A stretch of DNA of 64,000 bases from Escherichia coli (GCF_050920415.1 NZ_CP169309.1), one strand, 5' to 3'; shown: positions 10,419 through 21,134, numbered from the stretch's first letter. The notes: a model not told the origin generated them from the letters alone. Made by a program: numbers and translations.

Positions 10419-10819
10419 AGAAAATTTTTCCTTAAAGCAAATTTTATTACTTTTATTTAGCCAGATTGTTTTTGAGTTCTGTTTTCGGCTTTTATAATTA
10501 CTGCAAGAAATAATTTTATATTTAGAGTGTTGTTTTTTATTAGAATAAATAACGTCTTCCGATACGTTTAAAACGTCAGAAAGATAAAAATATCATTTGA
10601 ATTAAAAAAAGAACAAGTAGAGCATTAACCTTATCTTAAATAATAAATGGAGGCAAAAAGATTATTTTCTTTTTGCGTTTCCTTTCAAATGAAAACGATC
10701 GTCGTCTAAAATCAGCAGTACCCCCGACAAACTCAGGGATTTTGTGTATAATTGCGGCCTTTTTCGGCAATCTGCCGTTTTTTGGCGCTTTTGCCCTGCT
10801 GACTTTTGAGGAAATCCAC

Positions 10820-11155
10820 ATGTCATTACCACACTGCCCAAAATGCAACTCCGAATACACCTACGAAGATAACGGCATGTACATCTGCCCGGAATGTGCC
10901 TACGAATGGAACGACGCAGAACCTGCACAGGAAAGCGACGAGCTGATCGTTAAAGATGCTAACGGCAATCTGCTGGCTGACGGCGACAGCGTTACCATCA
11001 TTAAAGATCTGAAGGTGAAAGGTAGCTCTTCGATGCTGAAGATCGGTACCAAAGTGAAAAACATTCGCCTGGTTGAAGGCGACCACAACATCGATTGCAA
11101 AATCGACGGTTTTGGTCCGATGAAACTGAAATCTGAGTTTGTGAAAAAGAACTGA
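10820..11155 (+). CDS. yjdM: Zinc-ribbon protein YjdM (PhnA)
   Basis: 111 aa beginning [30 protein letters not shown] (two CxxC pairs); the longer track ORF (10673..) extends through an AT-rich leader and was trimmed. Confidence 0.88.
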
Positions 11156-11187
11156 TTGTATTGCTCAATGTAATATTGGCACATGAT

Positions 11188-11335
11188 CGGTAGGCCGGAT
11201 AAGGCGCTCGCGCCGCATCCGGCTACGGTGCCGACTGCCTGATGCGACGCTCGCGCGTCTTATCAGGCCTACAAATTCTCGCACCATCCGGCAACGGTGC
11301 CTAATGCGACGCTTACCGAGTCTTATCAGCCCCCG
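11188..11335. repeat. REP/BIME cluster (about 3 REP palindromes)
   Basis: Repeated taggccggataaggcg...cgccgcatccggc and gcctgatgcgacgc...gtcttatcaggcctac units between yjdM and yjdN. Confidence 0.75.
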
Positions 11336-11394
11336 CTCATCTGTATAATTTTCGAACTACACTTAACTGGCTTCTCTTAACTGAGGTCACCATC

Positions 11395-11838
11395 ATGCCG
11401 TTAAGTCCCTACCTCTCTTTTGCTGGTAACTGTTCCGATGCGATTGCCTATTATCAACGCACGTTGGGCGCGGAACTGCTTTATAAAATCAGCTTCGGCG
11501 AAATGCCGAAATCAGCGCAGGACAGCGCCGAGAACTGCCCTTCCGGTATGCAATTTCCCGATACCGCTATCGCCCATGCTAACGTGCGTATTGCCGGAAG
11601 CGATATCATGATGAGCGATGCCATACCGTCAGGAAAAGCCAGCTACTCCGGTTTTACACTGGTACTCGATTCGCAACAGGTCGAAGAAGGAAAACGCTGG
11701 TTTGATAACCTTGCTGCTAACGGAAAAATCGAAATGGCCTGGCAGGAAACTTTCTGGGCGCATGGCTTCGGCAAAGTCACCGATAAATTTGGCGTGCCGT
11801 GGATGATTAATGTCGTCAAACAACAACCAACGCACTAA
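11395..11838 (+). CDS. yjdN: Glyoxalase/bleomycin-resistance-fold protein YjdN (PhnB)
   Basis: 147 aa; recognised as E. coli YjdN/PhnB. Confidence 0.82.
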   Translation: MPLSPYLSFAGNCSDAIAYYQRTLGAELLYKISFGEMPKSAQDSAENCPSGMQFPDTAIAHANVRIAGSDIMMSDAIPSGKASYSGFTLVLDSQQVEEGKRWFDNLAANGKIEMAWQETFWAHGFGKVTDKFGVPWMINVVKQQPTH

Positions 11839-11893
11839 CCCGCCGGGAGGCCCGCCCTCCCGCACTGTCATCGAATTCCCGTTAACTCTTCAT

Positions 11894-11932
11894 CTGTTAG
11901 TCACTTTTAGTTAACAAAATCGTCACGATAAT
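11894..11932 (+). promoter_or_regulatory. PhoB-dependent phnC promoter (Pho box plus -10)
   Basis: Three phased 11-bp repeats ctgttagtcac / ttttagttaac / aaaatcgtcac followed by gataat, about 40 bp upstream of the phnC ATG; matches Pho-box architecture. Confidence 0.55.
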
Positions 11933-11970
11933 CCGCCACGATGGAGCCACTTTTTTAGGGAGGCTGCATC

Positions 11971-12759
11971 ATGCAAACGATTATCCGTGTCGAGAAGCTC
12001 GCCAAAACCTTCAATCAGCATCAGGCGCTGCATGCGGTTGATCTGAACATTCATCACGGTGAAATGGTGGCTCTGCTTGGGCCGTCCGGTTCCGGCAAAT
12101 CCACCCTTTTACGTCATTTAAGCGGTTTGATTACCGGCGATAAATCTGCCGGTAGCCATATCGAGCTGCTGGGCCGCACAGTCCAACGCGAAGGCCGCCT
12201 GGCCCGCGATATCCGCAAAAGCCGCGCCAACACCGGCTACATCTTCCAACAATTCAACCTGGTGAATCGCCTGAGCGTACTGGAGAACGTGCTGATTGGC
12301 GCGCTCGGCAGCACGCCATTCTGGCGCACCTGTTTTAGCTACTTCACCCGCGAGCAGAAACAGCGCGCGTTACAGGCGCTGACCCGCGTTGGCATGGTGC
12401 ACTTTGCCCATCAGCGCGTTTCCACCCTCTCCGGCGGACAGCAGCAGCGTGTGGCGATTGCCCGTGCGCTGATGCAGCAGGCGAAGGTGATTCTGGCCGA
12501 TGAACCCATCGCCTCGCTGGACCCGGAATCGGCGCGCATCGTGATGGACACCCTGCGCGACATTAACCAGAACGACGGCATTACCGTGGTCGTCACGCTG
12601 CATCAGGTGGATTACGCCCTGCGCTACTGCGAACGCATCGTCGCCCTGCGCCAGGGGCACGTCTTCTACGACGGCAGCAGCCAACAGTTTGATAACGAAC
12701 GTTTTGACCATCTCTACCGCAGCATTAACCGCGTCGAAGAGAACGCGAAAGCTGCCTGA
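11971..12759 (+). CDS. phnC: Phosphonate ABC transporter ATP-binding protein
   Basis: 262 aa; Walker [13 protein letters not shown] signature LSGGQQQR, Walker B ILADEP. Confidence 0.93.
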   Translation: MQTIIRVEKLAKTFNQHQALHAVDLNIHHGEMVALLGPSGSGKSTLLRHLSGLITGDKSAGSHIELLGRTVQREGRLARDIRKSRANTGYIFQQFNLVNRLSVLENVLIGALGSTPFWRTCFSYFTREQKQRALQALTRVGMVHFAHQRVSTLSGGQQQRVAIARALMQQAKVILADEPIASLDPESARIVMDTLRDINQNDGITVVVTLHQVDYALRYCERIVALRQGHVFYDGSSQQFDNERFDHLYRSINRVEENAKAA

Positions 12760-12783
12760 CATCCCCATCATTGAGGAAAACGA

Positions 12784-13800
12784 ATGAACGCTAAGATAAT
12801 TGCCTCGCTGGCCTTCACCAGCATGTTCAGCCTCAGCACCCTGTTCAGCCCGGCGCACGCCGAAGAGCAGGAAAAGGCGCTGAATTTCGGCATTATTTCA
12901 ACGGAATCACAGCAAAACCTGAAACCGCAATGGACGCCTTTCCTGCAAGATATGGAGAAGAAACTGGGCGTAAAGGTCAACGCCTTCTTTGCTCCGGACT
13001 ACGCGGGCATTATCCAGGGGATGCGCTTCAACAAAGTGGATATCGCCTGGTACGGCAACCTGTCGGCGATGGAAGCGGTGGATCGCGCCAACGGTCAGGT
13101 CTTCGCCCAGACGGTCGCGGCGGATGGATCGCCGGGTTACTGGAGCGTGTTGATCGTCAACAAAGATAGCCCGATCAACAACCTGAACGATCTGCTGGCC
13201 AAGCGTAAAGATCTCACCTTCGGCAATGGCGATCCTAACTCCACCTCTGGCTTCCTCGTCCCCGGCTACTACGTCTTCGCCAAAAACAATATCTCCGCCA
13301 GCGACTTCAAGCGCACCGTCAACGCCGGGCATGAAACCAACGCCCTCGCCGTCGCCAACAAGCAGGTGGATGTCGCCACCAACAACACTGAAAACCTCGA
13401 CAAGCTGAAAACCTCCGCGCCGGAGAAGCTGAAAGAACTGAAGGTGATCTGGAAATCGCCGCTGATCCCAGGCGATCCGATCGTCTGGCGCAAAAATCTG
13501 TCCGAAACCACCAAAGACAAGATCTACGACTTCTTTATGAACTACGGCAAAACGCCGGAAGAGAAAGCGGTGCTGGAACGCCTGGGCTGGGCGCCGTTCC
13601 GCGCCTCCAGCGACCTGCAACTGGTGCCAATTCGCCAGCTCGCACTGTTTAAAGAGATGCAAAGCGTGAAGGACAACAAAGGGCTGAACGAACAGGACAA
13701 GCTCGCGAAAACCACCGAGATACAGGCGCAACTGGATGACCTGGATCGCCTGAACAACGCGTTAAGCGCGATGAGTTCGGTGAGTAAAGCGGTGCAGTAA
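12784..13800 (+). CDS. phnD: Phosphonate ABC transporter periplasmic binding protein
   Basis: 338 aa with an N-terminal signal peptide (MNAKIIASLAFTSMFSLSTLFSPAHA). Confidence 0.92.
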   Translation: MNAKIIASLAFTSMFSLSTLFSPAHAEEQEKALNFGIISTESQQNLKPQWTPFLQDMEKKLGVKVNAFFAPDYAGIIQGMRFNKVDIAWYGNLSAMEAVDRANGQVFAQTVAADGSPGYWSVLIVNKDSPINNLNDLLAKRKDLTFGNGDPNSTSGFLVPGYYVFAKNNISASDFKRTVNAGHETNALAVANKQVDVATNNTENLDKLKTSAPEKLKELKVIWKSPLIPGDPIVWRKNLSETTKDKIYDFFMNYGKTPEEKAVLERLGWAPFRASSDLQLVPIRQLALFKEMQSVKDNKGLNEQDKLAKTTEIQAQLDDLDRLNNALSAMSSVSKAVQ

Positions 13801-13809
13801 TGTGCTCGA

Positions 13810-13912
13810 TCGGTCCCCTCTCCCTTGAGGGAGAGGGTTAGGGTGAGGGGGGAAATACGCACGCTGATGCCCTCACCCCGGCCCTCTCCCACAGGGAGAG
13901 GGAGAAAACATT
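13810..13912. repeat. GC-rich composite palindromic repeat (two ~40-bp imperfect palindromes), copy 1
   Basis: ggtcccctctcccttgagggagagggttagggtgagggg ... ccctcaccccggccctctcccacagggagagggagaaaac in the phnD-phnE spacer; closely related copy at 19165..19278. Confidence 0.7.
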
Positions 13913-13926
13913 AAACGGAGCCAAAC

Positions 13927-14706
13927 ATGCAAACCATCACCATCGCCCCACCCAAGCGCAGCTGGTTCTCGCTTCTGAGCTGGGCCATTGTTCTCGCCGT
14001 GCTGGTCGTCTCGTGGCAGGGCGCGGAAATGGCCCCGCTCACGCTGATTAAAGACGGCGGCAACATGGCGACGTTCGCCGCCGACTTCTTCCCGCCCGAT
14101 TTCAGCCAGTGGCAGGATTACCTCACCGAAATGGCCGTCACGCTGCAAATCGCCGTCTGGGGCACTGCGCTGGCAGTCGTTCTCTCCATCCCCTTCGGCC
14201 TGATGAGCGCCGAAAACCTGGTGCCGTGGTGGGTTTACCAGCCCGTTCGCCGCCTGATGGACGCCTGCCGCGCCATTAACGAGATGGTCTTCGCCATGCT
14301 GTTCGTGGTCGCCGTCGGTCTCGGTCCGTTCGCTGGCGTACTGGCGCTGTTTATCCACACCACCGGCGTGCTCTCCAAACTGCTTTCCGAAGCGGTGGAA
14401 GCGATTGAACCCGGCCCGGTGGAAGGCATTCGCGCCACCGGTGCCAATAAGCTCGAAGAGATCCTCTACGGCGTGCTGCCGCAGGTCATGCCGCTACTGA
14501 TTTCCTACTCACTCTATCGTTTCGAATCCAACGTGCGTTCCGCCACCGTTGTTGGCATGGTCGGCGCTGGCGGAATTGGCGTCACGCTGTGGGAAGCGAT
14601 TCGCGGTTTCCAGTTCCAGCAAACCTGCGCCCTGATGGTGCTGATTATCGTCACGGTCAGCCTGCTGGATTTCCTCTCTCAACGGTTGCGTAAGCACTTT
14701 ATCTGA
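13927..14706 (+). CDS. phnE: Phosphonate ABC transporter permease (intact reading frame)
   Basis: 259-aa uninterrupted ORF beginning [28 protein letters not shown] with permease topology; GGAG RBS 8 nt upstream. Confidence 0.88.
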   Translation: MQTITIAPPKRSWFSLLSWAIVLAVLVVSWQGAEMAPLTLIKDGGNMATFAADFFPPDFSQWQDYLTEMAVTLQIAVWGTALAVVLSIPFGLMSAENLVPWWVYQPVRRLMDACRAINEMVFAMLFVVAVGLGPFAGVLALFIHTTGVLSKLLSEAVEAIEPGPVEGIRATGANKLEEILYGVLPQVMPLLISYSLYRFESNVRSATVVGMVGAGGIGVTLWEAIRGFQFQQTCALMVLIIVTVSLLDFLSQRLRKHFI

Positions 14707-14726
14707 TAAGCGAGGCATTGATATCT

Positions 14727-15452
14727 ATGCACTTGTCTACACCTCCGACCAGCTACCCAACACGCTATCAGGAGATAGCCGCAAAACTTGAGCAGGAGCT
14801 TCGTCAACACTACCGCTGCGGCGACTATCTTCCCGCCGAGCAGCAACTGGCAGCGCGCTTTGAGGTGAATCGCCACACCCTGCGCCGTGCCATCGACCAA
14901 CTGGTGGAAAAAGGCTGGGTACAGCGCCGTCAGGGCATCGGCGTACTGGTGCTGATGCGCCCGTTCGATTACCCGCTCAACGCCCAGGCGCGTTTTAGCC
15001 AGAACCTGCTGGATCAGGGTAGCCATCCCACCAGCGAAAAACTGCTGTCCGTGCTGCGCCCGGCCTCCGGTCACGTCGCTGACGCGCTGGGGATAACCGA
15101 GGGCGAGAACGTTATCCACCTGCGCACCCTGCGCCGGGTCAACGGCGTCGCGCTCTGTTTAATCGACCACTACTTTGCGGACCTCACTCTCTGGCCGACG
15201 CTGCAACGCTTCGACAGCGGCTCGCTGCACGATTTTTTGCACGAGCAAACGGGAATTGCGCTGCGCCGCAGCCAGACGCGGATCAGCGCCCGCCGCGCCC
15301 AGGCCAAAGAGTGCCAGCGTCTTGAAATTCCGAATATGTCGCCGCTGCTGTGCGTGCGCACCCTTAACCACCGTGACGGTGAAAGCAGCCCGGCGGAGTA
15401 CTCCGTCAGCCTGACGCGCGCCGACATGATTGAATTCACCATGGAGCACTGA
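14727..15452 (+). CDS. phnF: GntR-family repressor of the phn operon
   Basis: 241 aa from ATG (MHLSTPPTSYPTRYQEIAAKLEQ); N-terminal GntR HTH, UTRA-like C-terminus. Confidence 0.9.
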   Translation: MHLSTPPTSYPTRYQEIAAKLEQELRQHYRCGDYLPAEQQLAARFEVNRHTLRRAIDQLVEKGWVQRRQGIGVLVLMRPFDYPLNAQARFSQNLLDQGSHPTSEKLLSVLRPASGHVADALGITEGENVIHLRTLRRVNGVALCLIDHYFADLTLWPTLQRFDSGSLHDFLHEQTGIALRRSQTRISARRAQAKECQRLEIPNMSPLLCVRTLNHRDGESSPAEYSVSLTRADMIEFTMEH

Positions 15453-15905
15453 ATGCACGCAGATACCGCGACCCGCCAGCACTGGATGTCCGTGCTGGCG
15501 CACAGCCAACCGGCTGAACTGGCTAACCGCCTTAAAGCGCTAAACATCACCACCGACTATGACATTATCCGCGCCGCCGAAACCGGCCTGGTACAGATTC
15601 AGGCGCGAATGGGTGGCACCGGCGAACGCTTTTTTGCTGGCGACGCTACGCTCACCCGCGCCGCTGTACGCCTTACTGACGGCACGCTCGGCTACAGCTG
15701 GGTGCTGGGGCGCGACAAACAGCACGCCGAACGCTGCGCGCTGATTGACGCGCTGATGCAGCAATCTCGCCACTTTCAAAACTTATCAGAAACCCTTATT
15801 GCCCCGCTGGACGCTGACCGTATGGCACGCATTGCCGCACGCCAGGCCGAAGTGAACGCCAGTCGGGTCGACTTCTTTACGATGGTTCGCGGAGACAACG
15901 CATGA
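15453..15905 (+). CDS. phnG: C-P lyase core complex subunit PhnG
   Basis: 150 aa; position and sequence in the phnGHIJ block. Confidence 0.9.
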   Translation: MHADTATRQHWMSVLAHSQPAELANRLKALNITTDYDIIRAAETGLVQIQARMGGTGERFFAGDATLTRAAVRLTDGTLGYSWVLGRDKQHAERCALIDALMQQSRHFQNLSETLIAPLDADRMARIAARQAEVNASRVDFFTMVRGDNA

Positions 15906-16486
15906 CCCTGGAAACCGCTTTTATGCTTCCCGTGCAGGATGCCCAGCACAGTTTTCGTCGCCTGTTAAAGGCAATGAGCGAGCCGGGCGTGATTGTCGCC
16001 CTGCATCAGCTCAAACGCGGCTGGCAGCCGCTGAATATCGCCACCACCAGCGTGCTGCTGACGCTGGCCGATAACGACACGCCGGTGTGGCTTTCCGCGC
16101 CATTAAGTAACGATATCGTCAGCCAGAGCCTGCGTTTTCATACCAACGCCCCGCTGGTCAATCAGCCGGAACAGGCGACCTTCGCAGTGACGGATGAGGC
16201 GATTGCCAGCGAGCAGCTCAACGCCCTTTCCACCGGCACCGCCGTTGCGCCGGAAGCCGGTGCGACGTTGATTTTACAGGTCACCAGCCTGAGCGGCGGA
16301 CGCATGCTGCGCCTCACCGGCGCGGGTATTGCCGAAGAACGGATGATCGCCCCGCAACTGCCGGAGTGCATTCTGCACGAACTCACCGAGCGCCCGCACC
16401 CGTTCCCGCTCGGCATCGACCTGATCCTGACCTGCGGCGAGCGCCTGCTGGCTATTCCGCGAACCACTCATGTGGAGGTGTGCTGA
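15902..16486 (+). CDS. phnH: C-P lyase core complex subunit PhnH
   Basis: 194 aa; overlaps the phnG stop (ATGA). Confidence 0.9.
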   Translation: MTLETAFMLPVQDAQHSFRRLLKAMSEPGVIVALHQLKRGWQPLNIATTSVLLTLADNDTPVWLSAPLSNDIVSQSLRFHTNAPLVNQPEQATFAVTDEAIASEQLNALSTGTAVAPEAGATLILQVTSLSGGRMLRLTGAGIAEERMIAPQLPECILHELTERPHPFPLGIDLILTCGERLLAIPRTTHVEVC

Positions 16487-17550
16487 TGTACGTTGCCGTG
16501 AAAGGGGGCGAGAAGGCGATCGACGCCGCCCACGCCCTGCAAGAGAGCCGACGCCGGGTCGATACCGATTTGCCTGAACTGAGCGTCGCCCAGATTGAAC
16601 AGCAGCTTAATCTCGCGGTGGATCGCGTGATGACCGAAGGCGGCATTGCCGACCGCGAACTGGCCGCACTGGCGCTGAAACAGGCCAGTGGCGATAACGT
16701 TGAAGCAATTTTCCTGCTGCGCGCCTACCGCACGACGCTGGCAAAACTGGCGGTAAGCGAGCCGCTCGACACCACCGAGATGCGTCTCGAACGCCGTATC
16801 TCCGCCGTTTATAAAGACATTCCTGGCGGCCAGCTGCTTGGCCCGACCTACGACTACACCCATCGCCTGCTCGATTTCACCCTGCTGGCGAATGGCGAAG
16901 CGCCGACGCTGACCACCACCGACAGCGAGCAAGCCCCATCGCCGCACGTTTTCAGCCTGCTGGCGCGTCAGGGGCTGGCGAAGTTTGAAGAGGATAGCGG
17001 CGCACAGCCGGATGACATCACCCGTACACCGCCGGTTTACCCTTGCTCTCGCGCCTCCCGCCTGCAACAGCTCATGCGCGGCGACGAAGGCTACTTGCTG
17101 GCGCTGGCCTACTCCACCCAGCGTGGTTACGGACGCAATCACCCGTTCGCAGGCGAAATCCGCAGTGGCTATATCGACGTGTCTATTGTGCCGGAAGAGC
17201 TGGGATTTGCGGTGAACGTCGGTGAACTGCTGATGACCGAGTGTGAAATGGTTAACGGTTTTATCGACCAGCCGGATGAGCCGCCGCACTTCACGCGCGG
17301 CTACGGGCTGGTGTTTGGCATGAGCGAGCGCAAAGCGATGGCAATGGCGCTGGTTGACCGCGCTCTACAAGCCCCGGAGTACGGCGAGCACGCGACAGGC
17401 CCGGCGCAGGATGAAGAGTTCGTGCTGGCGCATGCCGACAACGTCGAAGCCGCAGGCTTTGTCTCGCACCTCAAACTCCCGCACTACGTCGATTTCCAGG
17501 CCGAGCTGGAGCTACTCAAACGTCTGCAACAGGAGCAGAACCATGGCTAA
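16486..17550 (+). CDS. phnI: C-P lyase subunit PhnI (ribosyl-triphosphate-forming nucleosidase)
   Basis: 354 aa from [13 protein letters not shown]; start overlaps the phnH stop by 1 nt (TGATG); the longer upstream track extension was rejected. Confidence 0.9.
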   Translation: MYVAVKGGEKAIDAAHALQESRRRVDTDLPELSVAQIEQQLNLAVDRVMTEGGIADRELAALALKQASGDNVEAIFLLRAYRTTLAKLAVSEPLDTTEMRLERRISAVYKDIPGGQLLGPTYDYTHRLLDFTLLANGEAPTLTTTDSEQAPSPHVFSLLARQGLAKFEEDSGAQPDDITRTPPVYPCSRASRLQQLMRGDEGYLLALAYSTQRGYGRNHPFAGEIRSGYIDVSIVPEELGFAVNVGELLMTECEMVNGFIDQPDEPPHFTRGYGLVFGMSERKAMAMALVDRALQAPEYGEHATGPAQDEEFVLAHADNVEAAGFVSHLKLPHYVDFQAELELLKRLQQEQNHG

Positions 17551-18388
17551 TCTGAGCGGCTACAACTTTGCGTACCTCGACGAGCAGACCAAACGTATGA
17601 TCCGCCGCGCCATCTTAAAAGCGGTGGCGATCCCCGGTTATCAGGTGCCGTTTGGCGGGCGCGAGATGCCGATGCCATACGGCTGGGGAACCGGCGGCAT
17701 ACAGCTTACCGCCAGTGTGATTGGCGAAAGCGACGTGTTGAAGGTGATTGACCAGGGCGCGGATGACACCACCAACGCCGTATCAATTCGCAACTTTTTC
17801 AAGCGCGTGACCGGGGTAAACACCACTGAACGTACGGATGATGCGACGCTTATCCAGACGCGCCACCGCATCCCCGAAACGCCGCTGACCGAAGATCAGA
17901 TCATTATCTTCCAGGTGCCGATCCCGGAACCGCTGCGCTTTATCGAGCCGCGCGAAACGGAGACCCGCACCATGCACGCGCTGGAGGAGTACGGCGTGAT
18001 GCAGGTGAAACTGTATGAAGATATCGCCCGCTTCGGTCATATCGCCACCACCTACGCCTATCCGGTGAAGGTGAACGGACGCTACGTCATGGACCCATCG
18101 CCGATCCCGAAATTTGATAACCCGAAAATGGACATGATGCCCGCCCTGCAACTGTTCGGCGCGGGGCGTGAGAAGCGTATTTATGCGGTGCCGCCGTTTA
18201 CCCGCGTGGAAAGCCTCGATTTCGACGATCATCCGTTCACCGTTCAGCAGTGGGATGAACCCTGCGCCATCTGCGGATCGACCCACAGCTATCTCGATGA
18301 AGTGGTGCTGGATGACGCCGGAAACCGCATGTTTGTCTGCTCCGATACCGATTATTGCCGCCAACAGAGCGAGGCGAGAAGCCAATGA
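17543..18388 (+). CDS. phnJ: C-P lyase radical-SAM subunit PhnJ
   Basis: 281 aa from MANLSGYNFAYLDEQTKRMIRRAILKAVAIPGYQVPFGGREMPMPYGWGTGG; C-terminal Cys cluster CAICGSTHSYLDE...CSDTDYC. Confidence 0.92.
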   Translation: MANLSGYNFAYLDEQTKRMIRRAILKAVAIPGYQVPFGGREMPMPYGWGTGGIQLTASVIGESDVLKVIDQGADDTTNAVSIRNFFKRVTGVNTTERTDDATLIQTRHRIPETPLTEDQIIIFQVPIPEPLRFIEPRETETRTMHALEEYGVMQVKLYEDIARFGHIATTYAYPVKVNGRYVMDPSPIPKFDNPKMDMMPALQLFGAGREKRIYAVPPFTRVESLDFDDHPFTVQQWDEPCAICGSTHSYLDEVVLDDAGNRMFVCSDTDYCRQQSEARSQ

Positions 18389-19143
18389 ATCAACCGTTAC
18401 TTTCGGTCAATAACCTGACCCACCTTTACGCGCCGGGCAAAGGCTTCAGCGATGTCTCTTTTGATTTATGGCCGGGGGAAGTGCTGGGCATTGTCGGGGA
18501 ATCCGGTTCCGGGAAGACCACGCTGCTGAAATCAATCTCCGCCCGTCTGACACCGCAACAGGGGGAGATTCACTATGAAAACCGTTCCCTCTATGGCATG
18601 AGCGAGGCCGACCGCCGTCGCCTGCTGCGCACCGAATGGGGCGTGGTGCATCAGCATCCGCTCGACGGCCTGCGCCGTCAGGTGTCAGCAGGCGGCAATA
18701 TCGGCGAACGGCTGATGGCGACCGGGGCGCGTCATTACGGCGATATTCGCGCCACCGCGCAGAAGTGGCTGGAGGAGGTGGAGATTCCCTCCAACCGTAT
18801 CGACGACCTGCCGACCACTTTTTCCGGCGGTATGCAGCAGCGTTTGCAGATTGCCCGCAACCTGGTGACGCATCCGAAGCTGGTGTTTATGGATGAACCG
18901 ACCGGCGGGCTGGATGTATCGGTACAGGCGCGCCTGCTCGATCTGCTGCGCGGTCTGGTGGTGGAGCTGAATCTGGCGGTGGTGATTGTCACCCATGATT
19001 TAGGCGTCGCCCGCCTGCTGGCGGACCGTTTGCTGGTGATGAAGCAGGGGCAGGTGGTGGAGAGTGGGTTAACCGACCGCGTACTCGACGACCCGCATCA
19101 TCCGTATACCCAGTTGCTGGTGTCATCGGTTTTGCAGAATTGA
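18385..19143 (+). CDS. phnK: C-P lyase associated ABC-type ATPase PhnK
   Basis: 252 aa from MNQPLLSVNNLTHLY; Walker A GESGSGKTT, signature FSGGMQQR. Confidence 0.92.
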   Translation: MNQPLLSVNNLTHLYAPGKGFSDVSFDLWPGEVLGIVGESGSGKTTLLKSISARLTPQQGEIHYENRSLYGMSEADRRRLLRTEWGVVHQHPLDGLRRQVSAGGNIGERLMATGARHYGDIRATAQKWLEEVEIPSNRIDDLPTTFSGGMQQRLQIARNLVTHPKLVFMDEPTGGLDVSVQARLLDLLRGLVVELNLAVVIVTHDLGVARLLADRLLVMKQGQVVESGLTDRVLDDPHHPYTQLLVSSVLQN

Positions 19144-19164
19144 GTTGCAACACTTTGCGCACTG

Positions 19165-19278
19165 ATCCCCTCACCCCGGCCCTCTCCCGGAGGGAGAGGG
19201 AGAAAACCGGCGCAATATTCAACACCGTGCACAAGCGGTCCCCTCGCCCCTTTGGGGAGAGGGTTAGGGTGAGGGGCA
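19165..19278. repeat. GC-rich composite palindromic repeat, copy 2 (inverted relative to copy 1)
   Basis: cccctcaccccggccctctcccggagggagagggagaaaacc ... ggtcccctcgcccctttggggagagggttagggtgagggg in the phnK-phnL spacer. Confidence 0.7.
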
Positions 19279-19320
19279 ATGTGCGCACCGCTCCCAAACA
19301 TGCGAACCACGAGGCGAAAA

Positions 19321-20001
19321 ATGATTAACGTACAAAACGTCAGTAAAACCTTCATCCTGCACCAGCAAAACGGCGTGCGCCTGCCCGTCTTACAACGCGC
19401 CTCGCTCACCGTCAACGCGGGCGAATGCGTGGTGCTCCACGGTCACTCCGGCAGCGGCAAATCAACTCTGCTACGCTCGCTGTACGCCAACTATCTGCCC
19501 GACGAAGGGCAAATCCAGATCAAACACGGTGACGAATGGGTAGACCTGGTCACCGCGCCAACGCGCAAAGTGGTGGAAATCCGCAAAACCACTGTCGGCT
19601 GGGTAAGCCAGTTTCTGCGCGTCATCCCGCGTATTTCGGCACTGGAAGTGGTGATGCAGCCGCTGCTCGATACCGGCGTTTCGCGTGATGCCTGCGCCGC
19701 TAAAGCCGCGCGTCTGCTCACCCGCCTGAACGTGCCGGAACGTCTGTGGCACCTGGCGCCATCGACCTTCTCCGGCGGCGAACAGCAGCGCGTCAACATC
19801 GCGCGCGGCTTTATCATCGATTACCCCATTCTGCTGCTCGACGAACCTACTGCCTCGCTGGACGCCAAAAACAGCGCCGCGGTGGTGGAACTGATCCGCG
19901 AAGCTAAAACCCGCGGCGCAGCCATCGTCGGCATCTTCCACGACGAAGCCGTACGCAATGACGTCGCCGACCGCCTGCACCCAATGGGAGCCTCTGCATG
20001 A
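19321..20001 (+). CDS. phnL: C-P lyase associated ABC-type ATPase PhnL
   Basis: 226 aa from [25 protein letters not shown]; Walker [10 protein letters not shown], signature FSGGEQQR. Confidence 0.9.
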   Translation: MINVQNVSKTFILHQQNGVRLPVLQRASLTVNAGECVVLHGHSGSGKSTLLRSLYANYLPDEGQIQIKHGDEWVDLVTAPTRKVVEIRKTTVGWVSQFLRVIPRISALEVVMQPLLDTGVSRDACAAKAARLLTRLNVPERLWHLAPSTFSGGEQQRVNIARGFIIDYPILLLDEPTASLDAKNSAAVVELIREAKTRGAAIVGIFHDEAVRNDVADRLHPMGASA

Positions 20002-21134
20002 TTATCAATAACGTCAAACTGGTGCTGGAAAACGAAGTGGTACACGGTTCGCTGGAGGTGCAGGACGGCGAAATTCGCGCCTTTGCCGAAAGCCAGAGCC
20101 GCCTGCCAGAAGCGATGGACGGCGAAGGTGGCTGGCTGCTGCCGGGACTGATTGAGCTGCATACCGATAATCTGGATAAATTCTTCACCCCGCGCCCGAA
20201 AGTGGACTGGCCCGCCCACTCGGCGATGAGCAGCCACGATGCGCTGATGGTGGCGAGCGGCATCACCACCGTGCTGGACGCCGTGGCGATTGGCGACGTG
20301 CGCGACGGCGGCGATCGGCTGGAGAATCTGGAAAAGATGATCAACGCCATCGAAGAGACGCAGAAACGCGGCGTCAACCGCGCCGAGCACCGCCTGCACC
20401 TGCGCTGCGAACTGCCGCATCACACTACGCTGCCGCTGTTTGAAAAACTGGTGCAGCGCGAGCCGGTCACGCTGGTGTCGCTAATGGACCACTCACCGGG
20501 CCAGCGCCAGTTCGCCAATCGCGAGAAGTATCGCGAATATTACCAGGGCAAATACTCGCTCACCGATGCGCAGATGCAGCAGTACGAAGAGGAACAACTG
20601 GCGCTTGCCGCACGCTGGTCGCAGCCGAATCGCGAAACCATCGCCGCAATGTGCCGCGCGCGACAAATTGCCCTCGCCAGCCACGATGACGCCACGCACG
20701 CGCACGTTGCCGAATCCCACCAGCTTGGCAGCGTAATCGCCGAATTTCCCACCACGTTCGAAGCGGCGGAAGCTTCGCGCAAGCATGGCATGAATGTATT
20801 GATGGGCGCGCCGAATATTGTGCGCGGCGGTTCGCACTCCGGCAACGTGGCGGCCAGTGAACTGGCACAGCTTGGTCTGCTGGATATCCTCTCTTCCGAC
20901 TACTACCCCGCCAGCCTGCTCGATGCGGCATTCCGCGTCGCCGATGACGAGAGCAACCGCTTTACGCTGCCGCAGGCGGTGAAGCTGGTGACTAAAAATC
21001 CGGCGCAGGCGCTTAATCTTCAGGATCGCGGGGTGATTGGCGAGGGCAAACGCGCCGACCTGGTGCTGGCGCATCGCAAGGGCAACCACATTCATATCGA
21101 TCACGTCTGGCGTCAGGGTAAAAGGGTGTTCTGA
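19998..21134 (+). CDS. phnM: Amidohydrolase-family PhnM (ribosyl-triphosphate diphosphohydrolase)
   Basis: 378 aa; overlaps the phnL stop (ATGA). Confidence 0.9.
   Translation: MIINNVKLVLENEVVHGSLEVQDGEIRAFAESQSRLPEAMDGEGGWLLPGLIELHTDNLDKFFTPRPKVDWPAHSAMSSHDALMVASGITTVLDAVAIGDVRDGGDRLENLEKMINAIEETQKRGVNRAEHRLHLRCELPHHTTLPLFEKLVQREPVTLVSLMDHSPGQRQFANREKYREYYQGKYSLTDAQMQQYEEEQLALAARWSQPNRETIAAMCRARQIALASHDDATHAHVAESHQLGSVIAEFPTTFEAAEASRKHGMNVLMGAPNIVRGGSHSGNVAASELAQLGLLDILSSDYYPASLLDAAFRVADDESNRFTLPQAVKLVTKNPAQALNLQDRGVIGEGKRADLVLAHRKGNHIHIDHVWRQGKRVF

Noticed and set aside
10673-10819. Upstream extension of the phnA/yjdM ORF
   Set aside because: Extension runs through an AT-rich leader without an RBS; the conserved protein begins at [10 protein letters not shown] (10820).
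12907-13731. 274-aa minus-strand ORF antisense to phnD
   Set aside because: Lies entirely within the well-supported phnD gene in a GC-rich region where long antisense ORFs arise by chance; Arg/Gly/Ala-rich low-complexity translation; no RBS.
13542-13892. 116-aa ORF (and 18989..19415 ORFs) overlapping the GC-rich palindromic repeats
   Set aside because: Translations (…GEGRGEGISV…) are products of the repeat sequence itself; the same peptide-like strings appear at both repeat copies on different strands.
16366-16485. Upstream extension of phnI, and similar extensions of phnJ (17354), gltP (35664), proP (7084) and tyrB (62260)
   Set aside because: The extensions overlap the preceding gene or lack RBS support; internal starts reproduce the known N-termini.
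16468-17289. 273-aa minus-strand ORF antisense to phnI
   Set aside because: Same reasoning: antisense to a conserved C-P lyase gene, biased composition, no recognisable domain.
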